The notes under the pieces: generated by a model
Told to the model about the DNA's origin: nothing
The model's database searches: none
The model's input: only the letters and a program-made list of their open reading frames with translations
Shown here: piece by piece, positions 37,758 through 47,500 of the stretch
Numbering within the stretch: position 1 is the stretch's first letter
How the letters are laid out: each line of letters opens with the position of its first letter
Made by a program: the position numbers and the translations under genes
Source of the DNA: an uncultured delta proteobacterium
GTDB lineage: Bacteria; Myxococcota_A; Polyangia; Polyangiales; Polyangiaceae
Assembly (NCBI GenBank): GCA_963782055.1
Contig: CAWAIF010000003.1
Location: forward strand, 5,632,001 to 5,696,000
Direction: 5' to 3'
Length of the DNA: 64,000 bases

Positions 37758-39056
37758 CTACTTCACCGCCTGCTGCAGCAACGTCACCGTGTCCCCGAAC
37801 GCCACCCCGTCCTTCGGGTCCTGCTTCAGGAACTGCTCGATCTTCGGCATCCGGGCGATGGCCTCGTCCAGCTCCCTGTCGCTGCCCTTGGCGTACGCGC
37901 CGAGGGTCACCAGATCGCGCTTCGACTCGTAGACGCCGAGCATCGCCCGCAGGCGCCGCGCCGCCGCGCGATGCTCCTTGCTCACCACCGCGTCCATCAC
38001 GCGCGAGAGCGACACCGTCACGTCCACCGCGGGATACCGGCCGCGCGCGGCGATGCCGCGGTCGAGCACCACGTGGCCGTCCAGCACGCCGCGCACCTCG
38101 TCGGCGATGGGCTCGTCCATGTCACCGCCCTCCACCAGCACGGTGTAGATGGCGGTGATGGACCCGCGCTCGCCCTGGCCGGAGCGCTCCAGCAGGCGCG
38201 GGAGCATGGCGAAGACGCTGGGCGGGTAGCCGCGGCGCGCGGGCGGCTCCCCGGCGGCGAGGCCCACCTCGCGCTGGGCGCGGGCGAAGCGCGTCACCGA
38301 GTCGCACAGGAGCATCACCCGCTTGCCCTGATCGCGAAAGTACTCGGCGTAGGCGGTGGCGACCTGCGCGGCGCGCAGCCGCTCCAGCGCAGCGACGTCG
38401 CTCGTCGCCACGACCACCACGCTGCGCGCGCGGCCCTCGGCACCGAGGGAGTGCTCCAGGAACTCGCTCACCTCGCGGCCGCGCTCGCCGACCAGCGCCA
38501 CCACGACGACGTCCGCCTCCACGCCGCGCGCGATGGCGCCGAGCAGCGTGCTCTTGCCGACGCCCGACCCGGCGAAGAGGCCCACGCGCTGCCCCTCCCC
38601 CAGGGTGAGCAGGCCGTCCAGCACGCGCACGCCGGTGGCGATGGGGCGGTCGACGGGGCGACGCGCGAGCGCCAGCGGGGGATCGCGATCGACCGGGACA
38701 GGCTCGCCGGACTCCAGCGAGGGGCCGCCGTCGATCGGGCGCCCCAGGCCATCCACCACGCGGCCGAGCAGCGCGTCGCTCGCACGCACCGTGAAGGCGC
38801 CGCCGGTGGCCTCGACCACGTCGTCCGGCCCCACGCCGACGAGGGCGCCGAGGGGCATCGCCACCGCCTCGCCCTCGGCGAAGCCGACCACCTCGCAGGC
38901 GAGCGGCTCGCCACGGCGGCGGATGTGGACCACGTCGCCCACGCGCACGCCGGGCAGCGCGAAGCGCACGGCGAGGCCCGTCACGCCGACGACGCGACCC
39001 GTCGCGCGGAGGGTGGGCGTCGCCGCCAGCCTGGCGCGCAGGGCGTCAGCGTCCAT
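37758..39056 (-). CDS. fliI: FliI/YscN(SctN) family type III export ATPase
   Basis: GQRVGLFAGSGVGKSTLL, VGERGREV, DSVTRFARAQRE, GYPPSVF, DGHVVLDR, YPAVDV. Confidence 0.93.
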   Translation of the reverse strand: MDADALRARLAATPTLRATGRVVGVTGLAVRFALPGVRVGDVVHIRRRGEPLACEVVGFAEGEAVAMPLGALVGVGPDDVVEATGGAFTVRASDALLGRVVDGLGRPIDGGPSLESGEPVPVDRDPPLALARRPVDRPIATGVRVLDGLLTLGEGQRVGLFAGSGVGKSTLLGAIARGVEADVVVVALVGERGREVSEFLEHSLGAEGRARSVVVVATSDVAALERLRAAQVATAYAEYFRDQGKRVMLLCDSVTRFARAQREVGLAAGEPPARRGYPPSVFAMLPRLLERSGQGERGSITAIYTVLVEGGDMDEPIADEVRGVLDGHVVLDRGIAARGRYPAVDVTVSLSRVMDAVVSKEHRAAARRLRAMLGVYESKRDLVTLGAYAKGSDRELDEAIARMPKIEQFLKQDPKDGVAFGDTVTLLQQAVK

Positions 39057-40270
39057 CAGCCCTGGACGGCGCGCTTGGCCCCGGAGACGGGCTCGCCCTC
39101 GGCCGAGTCGGGCTCGCCGCCGCCGAGCTCCACCTCCAGCTCTTGCAGGAGCTTGCGCGCGCGCTCGGTCAGCGCGGTGGGGACCATCACCTGCACCTGC
39201 ACCACCAGCGCGCCGCGGCCGCGGCCATCCAACCGCGGGACGCCGTGGCCGCGCAGGGTGAAGTGCTGCCCGGGCTGCGTGCCCGGCGGTACGGAGAGCG
39301 TCACCGTCGGGTGCGACGCACCGTGGCTCGCCTCACCGTTGGCCTTCTCGCCGCTGGCCTTCTCGCCGTTCGGCTTCTCGCCGCTGGGCTTCTCGCCGGC
39401 CGGCGGGGGACGCGCGCCGAGCGTGGGAACCTGCACCTCCGCGCCGAGCGTGGCCTGCAGGAAGGGGATGGTCACGCGGGTGAGGAGATCCACGCCGTCC
39501 CGCTCGAAGCGCGGGTCCTCTTCCACGTCGATGTCCACGTACAGATCGCCGTTGCCGTTCGGCCCGTGCAGACCCTGCCCCGGGACGCGCAGGCGCTGGC
39601 CGGCGTCCACCCCGGCGGGGAAGGTCACGATGACCTTCCTCACCTTCTGCACCGCGCCGCCGCCGTTGCAGGTCTTGCAAGGGCTCTTGATGAAGACGCC
39701 GCGACCCTGGCACTTGGCGCACGGGGCGGTGAACATCACGAAGCCGCGCGCGTTGGAGACCTGGCCGGTGCCCCGGCACATGGGGCAGCTCTCCGGCTTG
39801 GTGCCCTTCGCCGCGCCGGAGCCCTGGCAGTCGTCGCACGGGGCGGGAGCGCGCACCGCCACCTCCCGCTTGCACCCGAAGGCGGCCTCCGCCAGGGTGA
39901 GGCGCTGCTGGACGCGCAGATCACCCCCGCGCCGCGCGGCGGTGCGACCGCCGAAGCCGAAGCCGCCGGAGAACATCTCGGTGAAGAGGTCCTGCATGTG
40001 GGCGAACATGTCGCCCAGGCCATCCATCCCTGCGCCGCCGCCCTCCAGCCCGGCGTGGCCGAAGCGATCGTAGATGCCGCGCTTCTGCTCGTCGGAGAGG
40101 ACCTGGTAGGCCTCGTTCACGACCTTGAAGCGAACCTCCGAGGCGGGGTCGCCCTGGTTACGGTCGGGGTGGTGCTTGAGGGCCTCGCGCTTGTACGCGC
40201 GCCGGATGTCGTCGCACGACGCTTCTCGCGACACCCCCAACACCTCGTAGTAGCACTGCTTTTCGCCCAT
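39056..40270 (-). CDS. dnaJ: Chaperone DnaJ (class A)
   Basis: J-domain with HPD, G/F region, four CxxCxGxG repeats, C-terminal domain. Confidence 0.95.
   Translation of the reverse strand: MGEKQCYYEVLGVSREASCDDIRRAYKREALKHHPDRNQGDPASEVRFKVVNEAYQVLSDEQKRGIYDRFGHAGLEGGGAGMDGLGDMFAHMQDLFTEMFSGGFGFGGRTAARRGGDLRVQQRLTLAEAAFGCKREVAVRAPAPCDDCQGSGAAKGTKPESCPMCRGTGQVSNARGFVMFTAPCAKCQGRGVFIKSPCKTCNGGGAVQKVRKVIVTFPAGVDAGQRLRVPGQGLHGPNGNGDLYVDIDVEEDPRFERDGVDLLTRVTIPFLQATLGAEVQVPTLGARPPPAGEKPSGEKPNGEKASGEKANGEASHGASHPTVTLSVPPGTQPGQHFTLRGHGVPRLDGRGRGALVVQVQVMVPTALTERARKLLQELEVELGGGEPDSAEGEPVSGAKRAVQG
39323..39397 (-). repeat. 15-bp in-frame tandem repeat inside dnaJ
   Basis: Encodes GEKPS-GEKPN-GEKAS-GEKAN-GEASH. 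Confidence 0.85.
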
Positions 40271-40626
40271 GTGCGCGTCACCGCCAAGGAAGGCTGCCGC
40301 TCCCGCAAAGTAAGTCGACACCCTACGCTGTCAACGGAATCAAGCCAAGTGGGCGGCATTTGGTGGGTGCGCGGATGGCCCCGCTCCAGCTGGCGCATCG
40401 CGCGCGACCGACCGCTAGCATGCTGACAGTGGCACGCGCCCACCGGCGCGCAGGCAGCGAGGGCGGCGGAGGCCCCGCCTGTGCTCCGATGTGCGCGGAA
40501 TTTTTCAGCGTGCGGGGTATGCGGCGGTGCTCTAGAGTTTTGGCTCGGCGGTCGCGCGTCGTGGCGCGCGCGGCCGGCCGCCTGTGCCTCGCGGGGCGCG
40601 GGCTCACCTTTGCTTCGGGAGGCATC

Positions 40627-42438
40627 ATGAGGGTTCGCTGGCTCGCGATCGGCTCGGTCCTTTGCCTGGGCGCCGTGACGGCGTGCGGGGGCGGCAACGG
40701 CAGCACGTTCGGCGACGGAAGCAACGCGTCGGTCGGTCCCGACGGCGGCGGCGTACCGGGCGACGACAGCGGCGACCCGTTCGGCAACGTCGACGGCGGC
40801 GGCGACGGCGGCGGCAAGAAGCTCGGCTGCAGCGGCGACCTGCGCGACGTCATCGACGAGCAGGGCGTCGTGCAGATGACCTGCCCTGTCGACGAGGGCT
40901 GCGCCGGCGGCAAGTGCGTGCCCGCGTGCGACGCCGCCGCCGCGAGCAAGGGCAGCGTCGGGTGCGACTACGTCGTGCCGACCCCCTCCTTCTACGCCAA
41001 CATCAAGCCGCCCTGCTTCGCCGTCTTCGTCGCCAACAACTGGCCGAAGGACGTGAAGCTCACCATCACCCGCGGCGGCACCAGCTACGACGCCACCCAG
41101 TTCGGCCGCATCCCGCAGTCGGGCACGCCCGCCACGAGCTGGCCCGCGGTGCCCTCCACCGGCGTGCCGCCGGGGAAGGTGGCCATCCTCTTCATGTCCG
41201 ACGACCCGAACTCGACCAACGCCGGGCCGCTCACCTGCCCCATCGCGCCGGCGATCCGCCAGACCTACGGCACCGCGATCACCGGCTCCGGCAGCGGGCC
41301 CAGCATCACCGGCCGCGGCGAGGCGTGGCACATCGTCGCCAACGTGCCCATCACCTCGTACGACATCCTGCCCTACGGCGGCGCGAGCTCGTACCTGCCG
41401 AGCGCCGAGCTGCTCTTCCCGACGACGGCGTGGGGCACCAACTACTTCGGCATCGTCCCGCTGCGCGGCTCGTCACAGCCGCAGTGGGGTCAGATCGTGG
41501 CCTACCAGGACAACACCAAGGTCACCGTCTTCCCCAACGTCAGCCTGCCCTCCGGCACCAACGTCGTCGCCGCCCCCGCCAACCAGCAGACCAGCTACAC
41601 GCTGAAGGCCGGCGAGTACATCCAGTGGCAGGAGTCGAACGAGATGAGCGGCACCGTCATCCAGTCGACCAACCCCATCGGCTTCTTCGGCGGCCTCGGC
41701 TACGACTGCTACAAGTCGAAGACCTCGACCGGCGGCGGCTGCGACTCCGCACACCAGGAGGTGCCGCCCGTCGCAGCCTTCGGCTCGGAGTACGCCATCC
41801 CGCCGTACACGACGCGCATGCCGAGCAAGCAGGATGAGTCCATCCCGTACCGCTTCGTCGGCGCGGTGAAGGGCACCAAGCTCACCTACAGCCCGCAGAT
41901 CGCCGGCGCCCCGGCGACGCTGGACGTCGGGCAGGTCGCCGACTTCGAGGCGACCGGCCCGTTCGTCGTCAAGGCGCAGGACAACGACCACCCCTTCTAC
42001 GTCGGCCAGATCATGACCGGCTGCAACGTGACCGGCGGCGGCAGCCTCGGCGACGAGGAGTACGTGGACATCCTGCCGCCCGCGCAGTTCCTCACCAAGT
42101 ACGTCTTCTTCACCGACCCGACGTACCACACCACCAACCTGGTCTTCACCCGCGTGAAGAACGGGAGCGGCTTCCACGACGTCAAGCTGGACTGCGCGGG
42201 CACGCTCACCGGCTGGAAGCCGCTCGGCGGCACGGGCAACTACGAGATCACCAACATCGATCTCATCCGCAACGGCACCAAGAACGGCACGTGCGACAAC
42301 GGGCCGCACTCCGCGACGAGCGACGGCCCCTTCGGCATCATGGTCTGGGGCCTGGACACCTACTCCTCGTACGCGTACCCGGCGGGCGGGAACATCGCGC
42401 CGATCAACACCGTCGTCGTCCCGCCGCAGCCTCATTGA
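40627..42438 (+). CDS. IgGFc-binding-protein N-terminal-domain lipoprotein
   Basis: GGAGG RBS, AVTAC lipobox. SVGCDY, LLFPTTAWG.NY, IVAYQDNT.V, SYAYPAG. Confidence 0.85.
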   Translation: MRVRWLAIGSVLCLGAVTACGGGNGSTFGDGSNASVGPDGGGVPGDDSGDPFGNVDGGGDGGGKKLGCSGDLRDVIDEQGVVQMTCPVDEGCAGGKCVPACDAAAASKGSVGCDYVVPTPSFYANIKPPCFAVFVANNWPKDVKLTITRGGTSYDATQFGRIPQSGTPATSWPAVPSTGVPPGKVAILFMSDDPNSTNAGPLTCPIAPAIRQTYGTAITGSGSGPSITGRGEAWHIVANVPITSYDILPYGGASSYLPSAELLFPTTAWGTNYFGIVPLRGSSQPQWGQIVAYQDNTKVTVFPNVSLPSGTNVVAAPANQQTSYTLKAGEYIQWQESNEMSGTVIQSTNPIGFFGGLGYDCYKSKTSTGGGCDSAHQEVPPVAAFGSEYAIPPYTTRMPSKQDESIPYRFVGAVKGTKLTYSPQIAGAPATLDVGQVADFEATGPFVVKAQDNDHPFYVGQIMTGCNVTGGGSLGDEEYVDILPPAQFLTKYVFFTDPTYHTTNLVFTRVKNGSGFHDVKLDCAGTLTGWKPLGGTGNYEITNIDLIRNGTKNGTCDNGPHSATSDGPFGIMVWGLDTYSSYAYPAGGNIAPINTVVVPPQPH

Positions 42439-42565
42439 GAGGATGTGAACTTCATTCACATCCCTCTCAAGACATGTCGCAGGGGCGGCACGCGCCGCCC
42501 CTCCCCGGCCCTCTGCTACGCGTCGGGCGTTGCGGCGCGCGCCGCCCCTCACGCGCGCCGGCCGC

Positions 42566-43306
42566 CTACTTGAAGTTCTGCGTCGCCCAGCCACCCGCCC
42601 CGCCCAGCGTGCTGAACCCACACGCGGCGTAGCTGAAGTAGTCGGCGGCCATGTTCAGGTAGTGGCCGCACTCCGACCCGTAGTTGCCGTAGAAGTCGCA
42701 GGTCGAGGTGCTCTGGCAGTTGATGATGGCCTGGGTGAGCTGCGGGCCGTTGCACGCTGCACAGCCCTTGCAGTTCGCCTGGTTCTTCTCCGCCCACATC
42801 GAGTCGAGGCACTTCACGGTCGCGGCGGCGGAGGTCCCGTAGCCCTCGCACTCGTCCTGGGCGTTGCCATTGCAGGTGGGGTACTTCTTGCTCTTCCAGG
42901 CGAGGTGGGGGCTTTTGTTGGTCTGGTCGTAGGTGGCCTGCTGGTCCATGCAGGTGTCGATGGCGGGGCTCTCCCAGAGCTTGTAGGCCGCGTGGCTCTC
43001 GGTGGCGCGCAGCTTGTTGATCTCGTTGATGCACGCCGTCCGCGCCGCGGCGAACCCGTCGCCGGAGTCGGCGACGATGGTGCCGGAGTCCTTCGCGCCG
43101 GCGTCGACCTGCGTGCCCGAGTCCTTCGACGTGCCGGCGTCGTTCGTGGCGCCGTCGTCGGTGGTGCCCGCGTCGTCGGTGCTGGCGCCATCATCCTGAC
43201 TGGAGGCGTCGCCGTCCCCGAACCCGGTGCCGCTGCCGCTGCACGCGGCAGCGTTGAGGAGGAGCGCGAGGACGAGTCCCCCGCGAGCGAGAGCGAAGTG
43301 CTTCAC
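42566..43306 (-). CDS. CAP/SCP-like domain lipoprotein, Cys-rich
   Basis: NAAAC lipobox. INKLRA, CGHYLNM, AACGF, ATQNF. Confidence 0.8.
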   Translation of the reverse strand: MKHFALARGGLVLALLLNAAACSGSGTGFGDGDASSQDDGASTDDAGTTDDGATNDAGTSKDSGTQVDAGAKDSGTIVADSGDGFAAARTACINEINKLRATESHAAYKLWESPAIDTCMDQQATYDQTNKSPHLAWKSKKYPTCNGNAQDECEGYGTSAAATVKCLDSMWAEKNQANCKGCAACNGPQLTQAIINCQSTSTCDFYGNYGSECGHYLNMAADYFSYAACGFSTLGGAGGWATQNFK

Positions 43307-43473
43307 GAGCGACTCCTTTCGAGTCCGGCGAGCCCAGCCGGAACTCCACCAAATTAGCTCGACAGGCGACGCCGGGCACGTTCAATCGCCACGCGATCAC
43401 GTGCCCGGACGCGCGCGGCGCTCGCCTTCTGCCCGGACTTCACTTCTGCAGTGCAGCGCGATGTCGCGCGGCG

Positions 43474-45054
43474 TCACGGCTTGGGCGCGGCGGCGGCGTC
43501 CCCTCGGTCGACGTAATCCGACGGCGACGTCGCGTCCTCTCCTCGCGCCACACCCATCGCGTCGAGCAGCGCCGTCGCGAGCACGGCGACGACGAGGTTG
43601 ACCACCAGCGCCCAGAGCGCCGCGTACCCGGGGACGGTCAGCCCGCCGAGCTTGACGGCGAAGATGGTGGAGGTGAAGCCGCGTGTCGCGCACATCCAGG
43701 TGCCCACGGCCATCCCCACCGCCCAGCCGGCGAGCAGGCCGAAGCGGTGCAGGCGCGCGGTGTACAGGCCGAGCACCAGCGCGGGCAGCGTCTGCAGCAC
43801 CCACACCCCGCCGAGGAGCTGGAGCTGGATGGCGTACTTCTGCGGCAGCAAGATCACGAAGGCCAGCGCGCCGAACTTGACCACCAGCGAGCTCAGCTTG
43901 GCGGCGCGCGCTTCCTCGGCGCCGGTGCAGCGCGGGCGCAGGTACTCCTTGTAGACGTTGCGCGTGAAGAGGTTCGCCGCGGCGATGGACATGATCGCCG
44001 CCGGCACCAGCGCGCCGATGGCGATGGCGGCGAAGGCGAAGCCGGCGAACCACGCCGGGAAGCTGTGAAGGAACAGCGCCGGGACGGCGAAGTTGGGCCC
44101 GTACTTCTCGAAGAGCGGCGCGTACTCCGGCATCGACCCGACCTTCGCCGCGACAGCCATGTAGCCGAGCAGGGCGATGAGGCCGAGGAGGAAGGAGTAC
44201 GCCGGCAGGATGGCGGAGTTGCGACGGATGACGTCGCGCCCGTTGGAGGAGAGCACGCCCGTCACCGAGTGCGGGTAGAGGAAGAGCGCCAGCGCCGAGC
44301 CGAGGGCGAGGGTGGCGTACGCCCCGCTCATCCCCAGGTTGCCGCCGTGCGGCGCGGCGAACACCAGCTTGTCGACCGCCACCGCGTGGAAGATCTTGCC
44401 GTAGCCCCCCAGCCGCGCCGGGATGACGATCACCGCGGCGAGCACGGCGATGTAGATGATGGTGTCCTTGACGACGGCGATCATCGCCGGCGCACGCAGG
44501 CCGCTGGAGTACGTGTACGCCGCGAGGATGACGAAGGCGACGATGAGCGGCAGGTCCGCGGCCAGCCCGCCGGAGCCCCCCAGACCCATCGCGCCGAGCA
44601 CCACCTGGATGCCGACGAGCTGCAGGGCGATGTACGGCATCGTGGCGAGGATGCCCGTGGCCGCGACGGCCAGCGCCAGGGTGCCGCTGCCGAAGCGCGC
44701 GCGCACGAAGTCCGCCGCGGTGATGAAGCCGTGCTTGCGCGACACCGACCACATGCGCGGCATCACCACGAACACGAAGGGATAGGTGATCACGGTGTAC
44801 GGGAGCGCGAAGAAGCCGATGGCGCCGGCGCCGTACACGAGCGCAGGCACCGCGACGAAGGTGTACGCGGTGTAGAGATCACCCCCGAGCAAGAACCATG
44901 TGACGACGGTGCCGAAGCGCCGGCCGCCGAGTCCCCACTCGTGGAGCTGGTCCATGTCGCCGCGACGCCACCGCGCGGCGACGAAGCCGAGGACGGTGAC
45001 CAGCGCGAAGAGCAGGGTGAAGACGACGAGCGCCGGGACGTTGGGCCCGCTCAT
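43474..45054 (-). CDS. mctP: Sodium:solute symporter, MctP-like monocarboxylate permease
   Basis: EWGLGGRRFG, GGDLYTAYTF, SGLRAPA, IGALVPAAIMSIAAANLFTRN. Confidence 0.88.
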   Translation of the reverse strand: MSGPNVPALVVFTLLFALVTVLGFVAARWRRGDMDQLHEWGLGGRRFGTVVTWFLLGGDLYTAYTFVAVPALVYGAGAIGFFALPYTVITYPFVFVVMPRMWSVSRKHGFITAADFVRARFGSGTLALAVAATGILATMPYIALQLVGIQVVLGAMGLGGSGGLAADLPLIVAFVILAAYTYSSGLRAPAMIAVVKDTIIYIAVLAAVIVIPARLGGYGKIFHAVAVDKLVFAAPHGGNLGMSGAYATLALGSALALFLYPHSVTGVLSSNGRDVIRRNSAILPAYSFLLGLIALLGYMAVAAKVGSMPEYAPLFEKYGPNFAVPALFLHSFPAWFAGFAFAAIAIGALVPAAIMSIAAANLFTRNVYKEYLRPRCTGAEEARAAKLSSLVVKFGALAFVILLPQKYAIQLQLLGGVWVLQTLPALVLGLYTARLHRFGLLAGWAVGMAVGTWMCATRGFTSTIFAVKLGGLTVPGYAALWALVVNLVVAVLATALLDAMGVARGEDATSPSDYVDRGDAAAAPKP

Positions 45055-45278
45055 CGCGGCTTGCTCCGCGTGGCGTAGTAGACCCCCGCGGTGATGAGCG
45101 CGCCCACGGGGATCCAGAGAAACTGGTACCAGTAGAAGAAGGGCACGCCGAACAGCTCCGGGTCCAGCCGGAGGTAGAGCGGCACCGCCAGCGTGCCGAC
45201 GAAGGGCACGAGCAGCAGCAGGTACCAGCCCCAGGGCTCGCGGGGCACGCGCTCGGGGTCGGCGGGGCGCTGCGCCAT
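45051..45278 (-). CDS. DUF3311 family small membrane protein
   Basis: PELFGVPFFYWYQFLW. ATGA overlap with the symporter. Confidence 0.88.
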   Translation of the reverse strand: MAQRPADPERVPREPWGWYLLLLVPFVGTLAVPLYLRLDPELFGVPFFYWYQFLWIPVGALITAGVYYATRSKPR

Positions 45279-45330
45279 CGCGCCGAGAGTGCCAAAGGGT
45301 GCCCGCCCTGGCAACCGGCCGCCGGCCCGC

Positions 45331-45966
45331 TCAGTCTCGCAAGAGGCCCCGTCGCGTCGCCTCCCGGACGGCCTCCGTCTTGGAGCAGACGTGGAGCTTG
45401 TCGTAGATGCTGCGGATGAAGCTGCGGACGGTGTTGGTGGAGATGCCGAGCATCTCGCCGATCTCGGCGTAGGTGGAGCCGTGGGCGAGCAGCTCGGTCA
45501 CCTCCAGCTCGCGGTCGGTCAGCGCGACCTCCGGCGGCGTCGCGGTGGGGCGGGCGAAGGTGCGGAGCACGCGCCGCGCGATGCTCGGCGACATCGGAGA
45601 GCCACCGGCGAGGACCTCGTCGATCGCGCCGAGGACGCGCCCGATCAGGTCGTCCTTGAGGAGGTAGCCGAGCGCGCCGGCGCGCAGGGCGTCGAAGACG
45701 TGGGCGTCGTCGTCGAAGACTGTGAGGACGATGGCCGCGGGCGGTGCGGCCTGCTCGCGGAGCGCCTCGAGCACCTGGGTGCCGTCGCCGTCGGGCAGCC
45801 CCAGATCGAGCAGCAGCACCTCGGGGCAGAGCGCCCGGGCCATGGCGATCCCCTGCGCGGCCGAGCCGGCCTCGCCGGCGAGCGTGAAGCGACCGGACGC
45901 CGAGACGAGCGCCGCGGCGGCCGCGCGGACCCGAGGGTCGTCGTCGATGATCAGCACCGCGGGCAT
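45331..45966 (-). CDS. NarL/LuxR family response regulator
   Basis: IIDDD, LLDLGLPDGDG, GYLLK, LTDRELEV...ISTNTVRSFIRSIYDKL. Confidence 0.93.
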   Translation of the reverse strand: MPAVLIIDDDPRVRAAAAALVSASGRFTLAGEAGSAAQGIAMARALCPEVLLLDLGLPDGDGTQVLEALREQAAPPAAIVLTVFDDDAHVFDALRAGALGYLLKDDLIGRVLGAIDEVLAGGSPMSPSIARRVLRTFARPTATPPEVALTDRELEVTELLAHGSTYAEIGEMLGISTNTVRSFIRSIYDKLHVCSKTEAVREATRRGLLRD

Positions 45967-46002
45967 CCCCCCATGATGCCCCAGGTCCCGTGCCGAACGC
46001 AC

Positions 46003-46016
46003 CGCATGATCATGCG
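46003..46016. promoter_or_regulatory. Perfect 14-bp palindrome in a divergent promoter region
   Basis: CGCATGATCATGCG lies between the response regulator and the lipoprotein operon. Confidence 0.4.
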
Positions 46017-46097
46017 ATGTGCGCCCACGGCGTCTTTTGGCACCGTGCGAACGTGCCGGGCCGGCGCCCGCACCATGACACGAAGGAAGGTTGCCCG

Positions 46098-46556
46098 ATG
46101 ACGCTTCTTCGCAACACGATGGCCACGGCACGACACACCCGGGTCGTGGCGACATGTGCCCTGCTCGCGGCCGGGACCGGCTGCGCCTACAGGCAAGTGG
46201 ACGCGACCTGCGCCAACGTCCCCAACCCGGTACTCCTCGGCCCGGTGGACCGGGTGCGGGGTCACCACGCACCGGAGAACGCCCCCAAGGTCGCCGAGGT
46301 GGACGAGGAGGTCGCCGAGGCGCTGACGACCTCCTCCCATCAGGAGGGCGACTACGACGTCACCACCACCTCCCACACCCGCGAGGGCGCCAACAAGATC
46401 TCCTTCGCCGTGGTCGACGCCACGCAGGGGCAGAAGACGGAGGACGTGCGAGTGACCGATCTGCACGCCGGGGCGTGGGTGTTTTTCCCCCTCGCCGCCG
46501 TGAAGAACAAGTTCTGGGTGGGCGTCGAGGGCGACGCCGTGAAGGTGGTCCAGTGA
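46098..46556 (+). CDS. Hypothetical lipoprotein
   Basis: AAGGAAGG RBS, AGTGC lipobox. Confidence 0.8.
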   Translation: MTLLRNTMATARHTRVVATCALLAAGTGCAYRQVDATCANVPNPVLLGPVDRVRGHHAPENAPKVAEVDEEVAEALTTSSHQEGDYDVTTTSHTREGANKISFAVVDATQGQKTEDVRVTDLHAGAWVFFPLAAVKNKFWVGVEGDAVKVVQ

Positions 46557-47194
46557 AGCTCCACGTCAAGATCGGGGCGGTCGCCGCCCTCGCCGCGCTG
46601 CCTGCCCTCGTCGGCTGCGCCGGCGCGCGGACCAGCATCGTCGCGCCCGCCTCGCAGTACCCCGTGTCCCTCTCGCGCGGCATCCGCGACACCGATGGCA
46701 CCCTGGTGCCGGCGTCGCGGCGCAAGATCGTCGGCCACTTCAAGGCCAAGCGCAAGGCGTGGGCGATGCTCTACTCCTTCCTCAGCCTGACGCCGAGCAA
46801 GGACGTCTCCGACGACATCAACCAGCAGATCAAGGCCGCGCACGGCGACGCGATCATCAACCTGGACGTGGCCTCGGCCACGTGCGGCATGAACTTCGTC
46901 CCCTTCTTCGACTGGCTGCCCATCTGGCCGGGCTGCTCCAACGTCGAGATCACCGGGGACATCATCCAGGTCCTCCCGGCGGTCGCCAGGCTCACCCCGC
47001 CCCCGGCGCCCGCGCCCGTCCCGGCGCCTCCCCCGGCCGCCACCACACCGCCGCCGCCGGCGGACACGGCGCCGCCGCCGGCGGACGGCGCCGCCCCCGC
47101 GCCGGCCGCCTCCGGTGGGACCGGCGCGCCGTCCCCCGCCGCGGTCGCCGACGACGCGGCCGCCGCCACCACCGCAGGAGCCACCACGCCATGA
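46553..47194 (+). CDS. Hypothetical lipoprotein with a Pro/Ala tail
   Basis: GTGA overlap, LVGC lipobox. Confidence 0.8.
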   Translation: MKLHVKIGAVAALAALPALVGCAGARTSIVAPASQYPVSLSRGIRDTDGTLVPASRRKIVGHFKAKRKAWAMLYSFLSLTPSKDVSDDINQQIKAAHGDAIINLDVASATCGMNFVPFFDWLPIWPGCSNVEITGDIIQVLPAVARLTPPPAPAPVPAPPPAATTPPPPADTAPPPADGAAPAPAASGGTGAPSPAAVADDAAAATTAGATTP

Positions 47195-47478
47195 AGACGC
47201 CCGTACTGCTCGCCCTCGTCACCTTCGCGCTCGCCGGGTGCGGCGGCGGCGCCTTGCCCGCCCACCCCGCGATGCCCATCACCGCCGTGAGCGACCAGGC
47301 CGACGAGTGGCTCTACGACAACTGCCAGGTGAGGAAGGTCGCCAAGCTGGACAACGAGGACGTGGAGCCGACCGCTCAGGCGGCGGGCTCCAACTTCGTC
47401 GAGGTCGTCTACGCCGAACCGGGAGAGTCGGACGTGGTGATGTTCGCCTGCAAGGAGCGACTGCCCAGCAGCCTCTGA
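47191..47478 (+). CDS. Small hypothetical lipoprotein
   Basis: ATGA overlap. MKTPVLLALVTFALAGC. Confidence 0.8.
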   Translation: MKTPVLLALVTFALAGCGGGALPAHPAMPITAVSDQADEWLYDNCQVRKVAKLDNEDVEPTAQAAGSNFVEVVYAEPGESDVVMFACKERLPSSL

Positions 47479-47500
47479 CGTCGCGCGCGGGGGCCGCGCG

